Origin: a virus
Taxonomy: Duplodnaviria; Caudoviricetes
Strand: one strand, 5' to 3'
IMG/VR virus record: IMGVR_UViG_3300037067_012088
Span: 96,001 to 160,000 of that record
DNA length: 64,000 bases
Shown here: positions 25,372 through 34,770 of the stretch, one piece after another
How positions within the stretch are numbered: the stretch's first letter is position 1
Layout of the letters: every line of letters starts with the position of its first letter
The notes under the pieces: generated by a model
Told to the model about the DNA's origin: nothing
Seen by the model: only the letters and a program-made list of their open reading frames with translations
The model's database searches: none
Translations under genes and position numbers: made by a program

Positions 25372-25766
25372 TTTGAGGGATACAGTTGACTCATGGCGTC
25401 TTCAACGGTTACGCCAATCAGTATCAAGTCAGACGCACGACCCTCATTCTTGGCGTCTCCACCGCCAATCAAAGCCGCGCCGCCTACGGCCGTTTGAGTC
25501 GTAGAACCATGCTTGTCCACGATAATCCGACAACCCCTGATTGATACAGTATACACACGGGGATGACGTAGAGCTTCCGAACGGCTTTCGGTAGACCCAA
25601 TGAACGGCCCTCCCACATAGACGATATACGGTTCGATGGCCACGACCCGTGCCGGGTCAATGGCATAGGAGTTGGCAGAAGACTTGATAAGACGCAGTTC
25701 GGCGGCCAGTGGGCTGGCTAACATTGCGCACAGGGCAATGGTCAGGATACGATATATGGTAATCAT
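25368..25766 (-). CDS. secreted protein with signal peptide
   Basis: MITIYRILTIALCAMLASPLAA-E. Confidence 0.65.
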   Translation of the reverse strand: MITIYRILTIALCAMLASPLAAELRLIKSSANSYAIDPARVVAIEPYIVYVGGPFIGSTESRSEALRHPRVYTVSIRGCRIIVDKHGSTTQTAVGGAALIGGGDAKNEGRASDLILIGVTVEDAMSQLYPSK

Positions 25767-25930
25767 AAAGAGATTAGTGGCTGGCGCACCTCGGCACAAA
25801 GCACTGTGTCAGCTGCCCGGTCTCGCGGTCGATGAACCGCCGGATGCCGAACACATCATGGCCGAAATCTCAATCTGGCCGTCGTCCGGATTGTCCATCG
25901 GGCCGCGCGACCAGTAGATGATGTAGGTAT

Positions 25931-26140
25931 TCACGGCTCCACCTCCGCCGTCGCCAGCGTGGCAATCACACCCATGCGGTGGGCTCCGTTAAGGAGTTGA
26001 CATGTCCGGAGAGCGTTCTCAAAGCTGAGGCCGTCAATCGTGAGGCTGCCCTCCTCGAAGACGATTTGGTAGCTTGGGTAGAAGAAGCCCGGCACCTTGT
26101 TCAGGGTATAGGGTTCGTGTTTGAGAAGGTTGGTATTCAT
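25931..26140 (-). CDS. hypothetical protein
   Basis: ATGA overlap. Confidence 0.7.
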   Translation of the reverse strand: MNTNLLKHEPYTLNKVPGFFYPSYQIVFEEGSLTIDGLSFENALRTCQLLNGAHRMGVIATLATAEVEP

Positions 26141-26361
26141 GACTTGGGTAGGGTTTCGCTCAACGCGGCAATGCGGGTCAGATGATACTGGAGGTCAGTC
26201 AACGCGGCTTGAGCGGACTGAAGGTGATGAGTGGAGAGGTGGGCGGGATTGCGGTCTGCGATTTCCTTGACCTCACTGGTCAGGTTCACGATCCGGCGCT
26301 GGATGGCGGAACGCTCCTGCTGGATAAGCCAGTTGACTACGTCGGGGTTGATGGGTTTCAT
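26137..26361 (-). CDS. coiled-coil hypothetical protein
   Basis: ATGA overlap. Confidence 0.7.
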   Translation of the reverse strand: MKPINPDVVNWLIQQERSAIQRRIVNLTSEVKEIADRNPAHLSTHHLQSAQAALTDLQYHLTRIAALSETLPKS

Positions 26362-26537
26362 GGAAGGGACGACATCAAAGAAGCGGTAAGGAGCGCGGCA
26401 ATGGAGCCTAGTATCCAGCAAGTCGCGTGTTGATAGGTAGGCACCCGGTCGCCCGGGGTCAGATAGCGCAACACGCCAGCGAAAACGCCGATGAATAGGC
26501 ACAGTCCGGCGATGAGATAGAGAGGGATGGGTTTCAT
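26358..26537 (-). CDS. two-TM membrane protein
   Basis: Two hydrophobic segments; TTGACA-17-TATTCT-7-ATG. Confidence 0.7.
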   Translation of the reverse strand: MKPIPLYLIAGLCLFIGVFAGVLRYLTPGDRVPTYQHATCWILGSIAALLTASLMSSLP

Positions 26538-26657
26538 ATGGTGCAGAATAGGGGTCCGAGATGGCGGTGTCAATAGCGATAACGCTCGAAGTGACCGTCG
26601 AGGCGGTTGCCGTAGAAGTCGGTCAACGAAGGGCTCTCTTCGTCCAACCCGATAACG

Positions 26658-26840
26658 TCAGTCGGCGGGTCGGAGGGGATAAGCGACCGGATATGAGATG
26701 CCATTGCCCCCAGTGCGGGCGAAGTCGGCGCGAACCACACGGGCATTTCCCGTCTGACGATTCGCTCCCGGTATTTCACCCATCCACTCAATAGCGTTGA
26801 ATTGATACTGGTCAGTCCTCGGTGTCGGTGTATCGTTCAT
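26658..26840 (-). CDS. TPRTD..ADFAR family protein, possibly truncated
   Basis: Shares motifs with the N-terminus of 32391-33386. Confidence 0.55.
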   Translation of the reverse strand: MNDTPTPRTDQYQFNAIEWMGEIPGANRQTGNARVVRADFARTGGNGISYPVAYPLRPAD

Positions 26841-27031
26841 GGGTTGGTCTTGGGGTGGGTGGTCAGGCGTTTTTGAAGCACATCCATTCGGCAAATGTGT
26901 GGCCGCAATCGGAGCGGTCAAGGAAAAGGCGAAGGATTTCAAGGGTATTCGCCCCCGGCGTCTGTGTAGGTGTATTCATTGCGGCTAGATTGAGGAGCTT
27001 GATGGGTGGTGTCAACAGGAATCGAGCAAAA

Positions 27032-27601
27032 TCACGCCCCGTAATGCTTGACCACGTCAAGGGTGTCTGCGTCCGCCATCCTAGCGCTCATGCTGTCCGC
27101 AAGATGTAACAGCCACGCTAACCGCGACTTAGGTGCCACCGGACTTCCCCATTGTCTCATCCCGTGATGAGATAGAATGGCGTGAAGCACCTCTTCTTCG
27201 ATATCACGATAGGCCGGGAACCTATCCACGGCGCGCGACCAAAGGATGGCCGAACGCGAGATGTGGTGGATGAGGCGTTTGTGCGGTGTGCCAGTCCAAT
27301 TGCCGGGCGCGATTTCGGTGTAGTCGTCGAGTTTCCCCCAGTCGTGAGCGAGCCCTGCAAGATAGGTCTCTCGCTCGGACGGAACAGGTCGCCCGAATCC
27401 CTCAACCATGCGACGGTTCTCCAAACAGAGAGCTACTACCTCATAGGTGTGTTGGGCCAAACCGCCAGTCCCGTAATGGTGCTGATAGTGCTGGGAGGAA
27501 GCGGACCAGATGGGGAAACGCGGATCGTCGAGGACGAGAGAGGCGATGTCGGATACACCGATTTCAGCGGCGAGGGAGCGGAGGGATTGGAGGGGAGTCA
27601 T
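27032..27601 (-). CDS. YhaM-like HD-domain hydrolase (no OB fold), copy 1
   Basis: HHYGTGGLAQH, LAHDWGK, ILSHHG..WGSPVAP, LHLADSMSA. Confidence 0.88.
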   Translation of the reverse strand: MTPLQSLRSLAAEIGVSDIASLVLDDPRFPIWSASSQHYQHHYGTGGLAQHTYEVVALCLENRRMVEGFGRPVPSERETYLAGLAHDWGKLDDYTEIAPGNWTGTPHKRLIHHISRSAILWSRAVDRFPAYRDIEEEVLHAILSHHGMRQWGSPVAPKSRLAWLLHLADSMSARMADADTLDVVKHYGA

Positions 27602-28287
27602 AGATTGACTACTTGAATCTGACCGCGCACACGGTAATCCTCACCCACCACGCTTCCGTTCACGAACGTCACCCCGTTGACCACCTTGGTCTGGCAGCCT
27701 TCAGAGTGAAGGTGAGAGTAAGCGTGCAGGCGAAGTCCCTTCAGCCGCTCATCAATCGTCTTCCTCAACTCCTCGCACCCCTGATGCCGGTCGCGCCCGT
27801 TCTGCACATACTCGGCGGGGACTAAGTCGAGATGACCGTAAGCCGGACCGTGTGTGACAAGGATTTGGGTATCGGTAGGGATTAGGTCCCAGTGTTGCCT
27901 TATCGGCGCGCCCCGGTTTGCCATAAAATGCCAATTCATGAATTGGGGCGTCCAATTGGCCCCATACCATTTGAGACCGCCAATTATGATAGTCTTCTCA
28001 TGAAGGTAATGACAAGAGGGGGCATAATCCCTAACGAGATCGGCGAACTCGATAGGATTAGTCTCGGGAAATCTCTCATGGTTGCCACAAACGAAAACCT
28101 TTTCGAGATGAGATTGTGACTCGAACCATTCCAGAAACGATACCGCATCAGATCGGTCCCCTCGACGAGAGAAATCACCAGTATGGACTAGGATATCTCC
28201 CTGAGGAAGAGACAGTTGTGCATGTTTACCATGACTGCATCCTATCACTACTATACGAACGGGTTTATTGGGTTCTTGATTTATCAT
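27598..28287 (-). CDS. MPPED/239FB-like metallophosphoesterase, copy 1
   Basis: GCSHG, HTGD, CGNHE, THGP, SHLH. Confidence 0.88.
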   Translation of the reverse strand: MINQEPNKPVRIVVIGCSHGKHAQLSLPQGDILVHTGDFSRRGDRSDAVSFLEWFESQSHLEKVFVCGNHERFPETNPIEFADLVRDYAPSCHYLHEKTIIIGGLKWYGANWTPQFMNWHFMANRGAPIRQHWDLIPTDTQILVTHGPAYGHLDLVPAEYVQNGRDRHQGCEELRKTIDERLKGLRLHAYSHLHSEGCQTKVVNGVTFVNGSVVGEDYRVRGQIQVVNL

Positions 28288-28837
28288 ATTGGGTAAGTCG
28301 GGCTATCCAATCATAGAATTGATCGGCCGTCAAGGTTCCTTTTGCGGCGTTGCAGGTTTTGCAACATGGAACGCAGTTCTCTAAAAGGTATCCCTTCTCG
28401 TTGTCAACTCTATCTATCCCGTTGACGGCTGTCTTATGTTTGTGTCGTGTAACGAAATGAGATGGAGGAATACCGCAATAATGACACGGTTTCAATATCA
28501 ATTCGGAAAACTGAACGAATGTTAGGGTAGAGCTAATTTCGCGACGATTGGCATTGTGGATGTGTCTCGTATATCGCACTCTAGCTATAGCCTCTTGTCC
28601 TGTCATGGGATGAAAACGGCCACCATTATGATGCACGCAACCACAGGATTTAATAACTCCACGACGGATATTCCGAGTCGCAGTAACGAACTTGGTTCCA
28701 CAGTCGCATTGACAGTGCCAAGCGGTTAGAGATCTGCCCGATGGTTCTTCACGGTTAGATGCTCTGCCGACTACGATGTAGTGGTCATATCTTGTTCCGG
28801 GAACCAATTCAATACGTTTACAAGAGTGTTTGCTCAT
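28265..28837 (-). CDS. HNH homing endonuclease
   Basis: WHCQCDCG..SCGC, CHYCG, GIDRVDNEKGY..NCVPCCKTCNAAK. Confidence 0.88.
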   Translation of the reverse strand: MSKHSCKRIELVPGTRYDHYIVVGRASNREEPSGRSLTAWHCQCDCGTKFVTATRNIRRGVIKSCGCVHHNGGRFHPMTGQEAIARVRYTRHIHNANRREISSTLTFVQFSELILKPCHYCGIPPSHFVTRHKHKTAVNGIDRVDNEKGYLLENCVPCCKTCNAAKGTLTADQFYDWIARLTQYDKSRTQ

Positions 28838-29388
28838 GAGTTGTGGGATATTAATCGTTGAAACCAAATGCGAAGATCTGCCTCTGACTTATCGGACTTG
28901 GCGGAATTACATATTCGGCAACATGGAACACAATTCTCTGGATGATATCCCTTGGTATTATCCGCTCTATCCACTCCGTTAACCAGTTGGGAGTGCTTTT
29001 GTATTGTGACGTTAAGATTGGGAGGAGACCCACAATAAGAACAGTCGGAATACAGTAAGGACACGAATTGGTCATACGATAAATCCCATATGAGATTCCT
29101 ATGCTTCGCACTGTTTCGATAGTGATTAAAGCGCGCATTGGCTATGAAAGACCTGTCGTCAACCGGTTGGACCTTGTTAAAACATCCGCACGAGTTCCTT
29201 ATTCCCTTGGTTATCTGTCTTGTAGGCGTAATGAATTCCTTACCGCAGTCACAACGACATTTCCATGCGACCTCTGATTTTCCATATGAGGTGACATAGC
29301 CATAGAACCTCTCAATGAGAACATAATGATGATAACGTTGGCCGGTGGCAAAAGTGGTAGCGGGACGACGAGTTTGAGGAGTTGACAT
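28834..29388 (-). CDS. HNH homing endonuclease
   Basis: WKCRCDCG..SCGC, CSYCG, GVDRADNTKGY..NCVPCCRICNSAK. Confidence 0.88.
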   Translation of the reverse strand: MSTPQTRRPATTFATGQRYHHYVLIERFYGYVTSYGKSEVAWKCRCDCGKEFITPTRQITKGIRNSCGCFNKVQPVDDRSFIANARFNHYRNSAKHRNLIWDLSYDQFVSLLYSDCSYCGSPPNLNVTIQKHSQLVNGVDRADNTKGYHPENCVPCCRICNSAKSDKSEADLRIWFQRLISHNS

Positions 29389-29463
29389 CCCCATAGATAC
29401 ACCGAAACCCAGTCGCATTTCTCATGAATCTAGCTCTCCCCCAAGATTGTTAGGCTTATGTGC

Positions 29464-29961
29464 CTATCGTAACCGAAACGCCGCCCGCGTCAAGACCTTT
29501 TGGGAATCGGCAACCCGATTCTCGCCCACCTGCCGCGCCCACTTCGATTCCCTCAACTCCCGCGCCGCCGCCAAATAGTCGCGCTGGATGATGGCTTGCT
29601 TGAAACGCGCGAAACGGGAAAAACCAGTAGCCCCGGTATTGTATGCCAGCGAAACGAGGAGAACGCGCACCTCACTCGGCTGTTCGTCCCAGTTGGGTAT
29701 CTGGGTAAGGGCGGCGGCATAGGCTCGGCTGAAATCGGCTTGATAGAGTTGGGTAAGGCGGTCGAACGAGAGGTTGCGGTGGCGCGGCACTTCGGCGCGC
29801 GAAATGGAATGGCCCCAGCCGACAGCATACTTGCCTGTTTGGCCGTCACGATAAGGCTGCCACGAGAACCCTTCGCAGCCCTTTATCTCGCGGTCGTAGT
29901 CCGCTTGGGACTGCGCGCAAAGGGGGGAGAGGAGAAGGAGGAAGAAGAGGAGCGGTCTCAT
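29464..29961 (-). CDS. T4-type (GH24) lysozyme with signal peptide
   Basis: CEGF..PYRD..AVGWGH, LAYNTG, AARELRESKWARQV..R. Confidence 0.85.
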   Translation of the reverse strand: MRPLLFFLLLLSPLCAQSQADYDREIKGCEGFSWQPYRDGQTGKYAVGWGHSISRAEVPRHRNLSFDRLTQLYQADFSRAYAAALTQIPNWDEQPSEVRVLLVSLAYNTGATGFSRFARFKQAIIQRDYLAAARELRESKWARQVGENRVADSQKVLTRAAFRLR

Positions 29962-30245
29962 AGATACTCCAGCCTATACCCCCGAGTCCACTTGTCAACC
30001 TTGATTGGGAACACGGGGTCCTTGATGCGCCGGAAACGGGAGGCGGCGATAAAGGGCTCGTAAGACGTGGGACCGCCGCACGCGGGACTGCGCCGTCCAA
30101 TACGTTCTCCATGAGGGGCATAGACGATGAGGTTGATGAACCACCCGTCCGGCTCTTCCATGCACTCCTTTACGCGCCCAAAGATGGGAGAGTGGTTATC
30201 CTCGTGATCGGCTACCCAGTCGCCGGGGGCAAAGGGAGCAGTCAT
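29958..30245 (-). CDS. hypothetical protein
   Basis: ATGA overlap. Confidence 0.7.
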   Translation of the reverse strand: MTAPFAPGDWVADHEDNHSPIFGRVKECMEEPDGWFINLIVYAPHGERIGRRSPACGGPTSYEPFIAASRFRRIKDPVFPIKVDKWTRGYRLEYL

Positions 30246-30526
30246 GTCGTCGGAAGCGCCAACAGTTCGTCCGCCTCATGGTCAATCGCCATGATGTGGT
30301 CATAGTCACCCGAGAAGATGGCCTCCGCGATCTCCTGTTTCTGGCGCGCGTCGAGGGTGGAGGGCGAAGCACTCTTGATAGCCTTCCACAGGTTCAGATA
30401 GGCGCAGCACTCGGATTCGTTGATCTGGAAACGGGAGCGACCGGAAAGGAGGTTCACGAAATGACGGATATGGGCCTCGGCGAGAGCCTGAATCTGGTCG
30501 GGGGAAATAAAGCGTTCGGTGGTCAT
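30242..30526 (-). CDS. hypothetical protein; C-terminus shared with 36534-36896
   Basis: QKQEIAEAIFSGDYDHIMAIDHEA. Confidence 0.75.
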   Translation of the reverse strand: MTTERFISPDQIQALAEAHIRHFVNLLSGRSRFQINESECCAYLNLWKAIKSASPSTLDARQKQEIAEAIFSGDYDHIMAIDHEADELLALPTT

Positions 30527-30876
30527 GGCGTAGGTCCGAATACCTTGTCCACGGCCTTAGTCGCGCTATTGCACGCCTCGGTTTCATCGTCAGAATCAAG
30601 CGTCCATGCTCCATCGCCTGTGAATCCTTCGATAGCCTTAGCGTAGACCGTATACCAAAGCGCGGCTCTGGCTCCCTCAATCTCAGTGGGCGGCAATCCA
30701 CCTATCGGCTTGAATTCGGCAGGCACATTGACTACGATGCTGGGATTGGTATTGGCAGGACTAATGGAGGACGCGCGTCTGTTGACGGCACGATAGAGCC
30801 ACACAAAGAAGGAGTAAACGCCAATAAGGGCGAAGAGCCCGACGACGAAGTTGTCTGAATTGATGGTTAGGTTCAT
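30523..30876 (-). CDS. membrane-anchored protein
   Basis: N-terminal TM segment. Confidence 0.7.
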   Translation of the reverse strand: MNLTINSDNFVVGLFALIGVYSFFVWLYRAVNRRASSISPANTNPSIVVNVPAEFKPIGGLPPTEIEGARAALWYTVYAKAIEGFTGDGAWTLDSDDETEACNSATKAVDKVFGPTP

Positions 30877-31145
30877 AAGAAACTGGTTTGGTTCGCTGCA
30901 TCTTTCTTGCCCCGCTTCCTCAGTGGCTTCATCCCCTTGATCATGCGCTCAATCTCCGCAATCGTCTCATTCACGACCACCCGGTCGCGCCCGGTGAAGG
31001 TGACCATGGTGCCGAGGAGGCCAGCGAGATGAGGCTGGGCAGTGGGAGCTTGGATGGTGGCCCAACGGTTCACGCGAAAGGGGTTGATAAGCTCAACGGC
31101 TCCGGTGCCCTTATTGGTCAGCTTGAGAATCTTGGGGCAACTCAT
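30873..31145 (-). CDS. FlbD/SwrD-like small protein
   Basis: ILKLT..INP..GT.VTF..VVVNETIAEI. Confidence 0.55.
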   Translation of the reverse strand: MSCPKILKLTNKGTGAVELINPFRVNRWATIQAPTAQPHLAGLLGTMVTFTGRDRVVVNETIAEIERMIKGMKPLRKRGKKDAANQTSFL

Positions 31146-31438
31146 GGCTTGATTCCCAGTTGCTTCCGCGCCTTGGTCATATAGCGGGCCATCTCCCTGC
31201 TGGATAAGTCACCCCAATGGGAGAGTGCGAGGTCGAGGAGGCTGCCCGGGGACGCGGCTAGCAGGGCATTGCGGTCGGCGTAGAAGAGGTCACAGGCACG
31301 ATCATTGACGACCATCTGTTGAGCCGGGGATAGACGCTTGACCGGTTTGATTCGCTGTCTAATGGACTTCGCGTGCCCACCAATGACCAGACCCTTGTCG
31401 GTGCGCCGCTTGCCGGAGGAAGAGGATATGAAGCTCAC
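31142..31438 (-). CDS. hypothetical protein
   Basis: GTGA overlap. Confidence 0.65.
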   Translation of the reverse strand: MSFISSSSGKRRTDKGLVIGGHAKSIRQRIKPVKRLSPAQQMVVNDRACDLFYADRNALLAASPGSLLDLALSHWGDLSSREMARYMTKARKQLGIKP

Positions 31439-31686
31439 AACGCCCCTCCAATGGGATCAAGCCGCTTTTTGGCCTCCCCGATAAGCGCAAGGACCGTGCG
31501 CGCATCCTCCTTACCGAGCATATCATAGAGCTTGTTGCCGCCGCGCCATGAACCCAGTTGCCCCGGGTGCGCGCCGCCAATCTTGGCAGGTAGTCTCATG
31601 GAGGCTTCGAGTTGAGCGAGAGACTTGGTCTTGGGCCGCGCCCGTTTGAGCCGGCGAGTCTGGCGGGATGTGGAGAGGGGTTTCAT
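31435..31686 (-). CDS. basic hypothetical protein
   Basis: ATGA overlap. Confidence 0.65.
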   Translation of the reverse strand: MKPLSTSRQTRRLKRARPKTKSLAQLEASMRLPAKIGGAHPGQLGSWRGGNKLYDMLGKEDARTVLALIGEAKKRLDPIGGAL

Positions 31687-31865
31687 GACTTGATACGACT
31701 GACCACCAGACGCCCGGCCACCCAAAGAGGTAGAGACAAATTGACGAATCCAAGAGACAGGATGCGCAGGATGCCGTCGAGCAGTTCAGCCCACCCCAAA
31801 GCCCAGCGCCACAGGTAGCAGATGAGGTGGGGTTCGCCTTTGGTGTAGATGGAGAGGATACTCAT
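31683..31865 (-). CDS. small protein
   Basis: ATGA overlap. Confidence 0.65.
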   Translation of the reverse strand: MSILSIYTKGEPHLICYLWRWALGWAELLDGILRILSLGFVNLSLPLWVAGRLVVSRIKS

Positions 31866-32317
31866 GGCACTACAGTAGGCTTATTAGGAGAATCGGGGAG
31901 ATAGTGGGTGGCGTAACGGACGTAGTCCGGCGCAGACTCGTAACGTTCCCAGTCGTCATCTGCGATGGAGGAGGTGACGAAGAGCCAACAGGGGTATGGT
32001 ATCATCGTCTCGGGAGTGATGAGGATGGGAGAGGGAGACTCAATAGGACGACCCCAGTAGCTTTCATAGAAAGCGCGGGCGGCACTGAGACGATTGGTCG
32101 TGTTGAAGGGTGAGTCTCCACCGGTCACCAAATCGCCCAGATCGGTGATGTAGACCGAGGCTTCGGTCATGGCTTTCTTGACCCCCGCTTCGTAGGCGTC
32201 GTTGAGGAGGGCGGCTGGTTCAACAGCAGCATGGAGATTGTCGATGAGCGTTCCGGGCAGCGACACTTTCATGCCGGCAACGCCTTTGATGCTTTCGCAA
32301 TGGGCCAGTATCGCCAT
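31862..32317 (-). CDS. hypothetical protein (true start probably 32394 via frameshift)
   Basis: Frame stays open upstream (PTAEEIAKEAEPELRR) but the ATG at 32394 is 1 nt out of frame. Confidence 0.65.
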   Translation of the reverse strand: MAILAHCESIKGVAGMKVSLPGTLIDNLHAAVEPAALLNDAYEAGVKKAMTEASVYITDLGDLVTGGDSPFNTTNRLSAARAFYESYWGRPIESPSPILITPETMIPYPCWLFVTSSIADDDWERYESAPDYVRYATHYLPDSPNKPTVVP

Positions 32318-32390
32318 GCGGATGACGCGCCGAAGTTCGGGCTCCGCCTCCTTGGCAATCTCCTCGGCGGTGGGGTGGGTGGGGTTGGGG

Positions 32391-33386
32391 TCATGGGGTG
32401 GCCTCCTGCTTGGCGGCGGCTAATCCGTTCTCGATACGCTCCAGCACTTCGTCGGCACTGAAGTCGTCACTAGCCGAAACGATGGCCTTGACCTCCTCCA
32501 GCACGACAACCGCAGCAAGCAGCTTACGGCGGAACTCCTCTCGCTCGTTCAGGAAGCGCGTCTTTTCTGCCATGTGAAGCTCGATGCGTTCATGCTGGCA
32601 GAGGTAGCAGGGCTGCCCATTGATAACCCATCCGTGCCCCTTGTTGCAAAGGTGGTGGCCCCCAATCCTGCCATCCTCCCCGCCCTGCTGTGACGTGAAG
32701 TGGTGGCGGACGTTCAGCGCAACAATGGCGCTCACTGTCTTTTCGATGGACTCGCCTTCGTGCGCCAAAAGCCAAGCGAGGTCTTTTTCGTATTGATACG
32801 GCCCATTGTGCCGAAGGGCTTCCGTCGCGGTGGCTTCCGGCTTGGAGGGGAGGGCGGCCAACTGGGCGCGAAGGGCGTCGTAATCCTCAAGACGGCGGGG
32901 CGACGGACTTCCCGGCTTGCCCTTGTCCTCGGGAAACTCATGCGAGCACAGCCACGCATATTCATCGTCCGTTATCAGGTCTTCTTGGTGAAGCCGGGCA
33001 CGGCAGTTACGAACAAGGTCGAACAGCCGGCGGTGCGTGTTGATCGGTTGCTTCTTCCGCGCCTCCTTCACCTCCTGCTTCGCGGCGGCGAGCTTGGCCT
33101 CGGCCCGTTCGGCTCGCTCTAGCGCGGCTCCGTAAGCCCCGACAATGGAAAGCCCCTCGTCGCTCTTTGTTGCAATCGACCTGAGCGTGGCGTTGGCTCC
33201 TGCCAGTGTCCGCGCCTCCTCCAGCTCGCGCTCAAGGGTGCGGGCAAAGTCGGCTGGGACATACTCGCTCTTTCCGGTGCCCCAATCGGACAGGTCGGCA
33301 TTATCAATGCGGGCCTCCTCCGTCCGTGGCGTGTCGTTCGTTGGTGTCATGGGAATGGGTGCCTTCGGGGGCTGCTGGGGGTTCAT
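32391..33386 (-). CDS. mosaic coiled-coil phage protein
   Basis: TPRT..VPADFARTLERE, coiled coil, CNKGH..CYLC. Confidence 0.75.
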   Translation of the reverse strand: MNPQQPPKAPIPMTPTNDTPRTEEARIDNADLSDWGTGKSEYVPADFARTLERELEEARTLAGANATLRSIATKSDEGLSIVGAYGAALERAERAEAKLAAAKQEVKEARKKQPINTHRRLFDLVRNCRARLHQEDLITDDEYAWLCSHEFPEDKGKPGSPSPRRLEDYDALRAQLAALPSKPEATATEALRHNGPYQYEKDLAWLLAHEGESIEKTVSAIVALNVRHHFTSQQGGEDGRIGGHHLCNKGHGWVINGQPCYLCQHERIELHMAEKTRFLNEREEFRRKLLAAVVVLEEVKAIVSASDDFSADEVLERIENGLAAAKQEATP

Positions 33387-33716
33387 GGGGTGGGGAGATA
33401 GAGGTCTATTAGTTCTTCCTCGCGCTTGGCGGGAAGCGTCGGGCACTTGCGATACCAGTTCTCGTTGCTGTTTTCGGTGGCCGGAGAAATGTCGAGTTCC
33501 CAGCCGTCTGCGCGGGCCAGCATTAAAGCGTGCTCTTCGGTGGTCATTTGAGCCCCCTCTCAAAATCTGCCCGCGCTTTGATCTTTTTGCGGTGCTTGTG
33601 GAGCAGGCGATAGAGCTGCAAAGCCTCATCGTCATCGACTCCGCACAGCATCCCGGCGCGGGTGTCGTGAATGTCGATGCCGTCACCGACGAACTTAACT
33701 TTGATGTTATTTCGTT

Positions 33717-34106
33717 TCATAGTCTTAACCTAGTTAGCCCTTGGCGGGCTTGTTTGCGGCAGCCGAATTGCTGGCTGCGGATAGACTCTAACTCGTCAAC
33801 GGTTTTTGCGGGTGCGTTGATCGGTTCTCCAGAAAAATTCCGTTGTGCTAATTCATCCAGAATCCGAACCGCAGAATCAATCACTGCGTCGGCGTCTATC
33901 GCGCAAAAGTCCTCCAACGCACTCTCCAAATCCTCCACCCGCTTAAGCAGCGCCGAATGGTCGGAAGCGAGCGAATCATAAGCTGTGGCAGAAACAACCG
34001 TGTCGCCCTCCCACTCTGGGATGGACACGCCGTATTCGTCGCGCTCCCCTCGCCATGTCACGGTGATTCGTTGCGGGCTGGCTGCCTCGGTGGTAATTGG
34101 GTTCAT
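33717..34106 (-). CDS. hypothetical protein
   Basis: CAAG-class leaderless promoter 34114-34142. Confidence 0.75.
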   Translation of the reverse strand: MNPITTEAASPQRITVTWRGERDEYGVSIPEWEGDTVVSATAYDSLASDHSALLKRVEDLESALEDFCAIDADAVIDSAVRILDELAQRNFSGEPINAPAKTVDELESIRSQQFGCRKQARQGLTRLRL

Positions 34107-34176
34107 GGCGGCTAGATTGATAGGCTTGATGGGGGATGTCAAGCGGAAATCTCGAACGGTTCTAATCGCGAGAAAG

Positions 34177-34770
34177 TCACGCCTCGTAATGCTTGACTAC
34201 GTCAAGGGTGTCTGCGTCGTTGTATCTGGCTGACAGGCAATCGCTAAGATGCAAGAGCCACGCCAGCCTTGTCTTGGGCGCAACCGGCGATCCCCACGCG
34301 CGTGTTCCGTGGTGCGCGAGAATGTCGTGAAGCACCTCGTCTTCGATGTCACGATAGGCCGGGAACCTGTCCACCGCGCGGGCCCAGATGATGCCCGAGC
34401 GCGAGATGTGATGGATGAGGCGCTTGTGCGGCGTGCCGGCCCAGTTGCCCGGCGCGACCTCGGTGTAGTCTTCAACCTTCCCGATGTCGTGATAGAGGCC
34501 TGCGAGGAAGACGGCACGCTCGGTAGGCAATGGTGCAGCATCCTTCAGTCCCAGTCTCAGTATGCTCAGCGTCCGACGATTGGCGAGACATAAACTGACA
34601 ACCTCCCACGTGTGCTGCGCGAGCATCCCGGTGCCGTAGTGGTGTTGATAGGGTTGTGAGGAGACGGACCACGTAGAGAAACGCGGGTCATCGAGCACGA
34701 CACTGGCGATGTTGGTGACACCAAGGTCGGCGGCAACGTTGCGGAGAGAGTTGGTGGGGGTAGGAGTCAT
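34177..34770 (-). CDS. YhaM-like HD-domain hydrolase, copy 2
   Basis: HHYGTGMLAQH, LYHDIGK, ILAHHG..WGSPVAP. Confidence 0.88.
   Translation of the reverse strand: MTPTPTNSLRNVAADLGVTNIASVVLDDPRFSTWSVSSQPYQHHYGTGMLAQHTWEVVSLCLANRRTLSILRLGLKDAAPLPTERAVFLAGLYHDIGKVEDYTEVAPGNWAGTPHKRLIHHISRSGIIWARAVDRFPAYRDIEDEVLHDILAHHGTRAWGSPVAPKTRLAWLLHLSDCLSARYNDADTLDVVKHYEA

Noticed and set aside
33387-33686. First 100 aa of the 431-aa ORF
   Set aside because: Two small coupled genes in other frames (33383-33547, 33544-33720) occupy this span; the real start is likely 33386.
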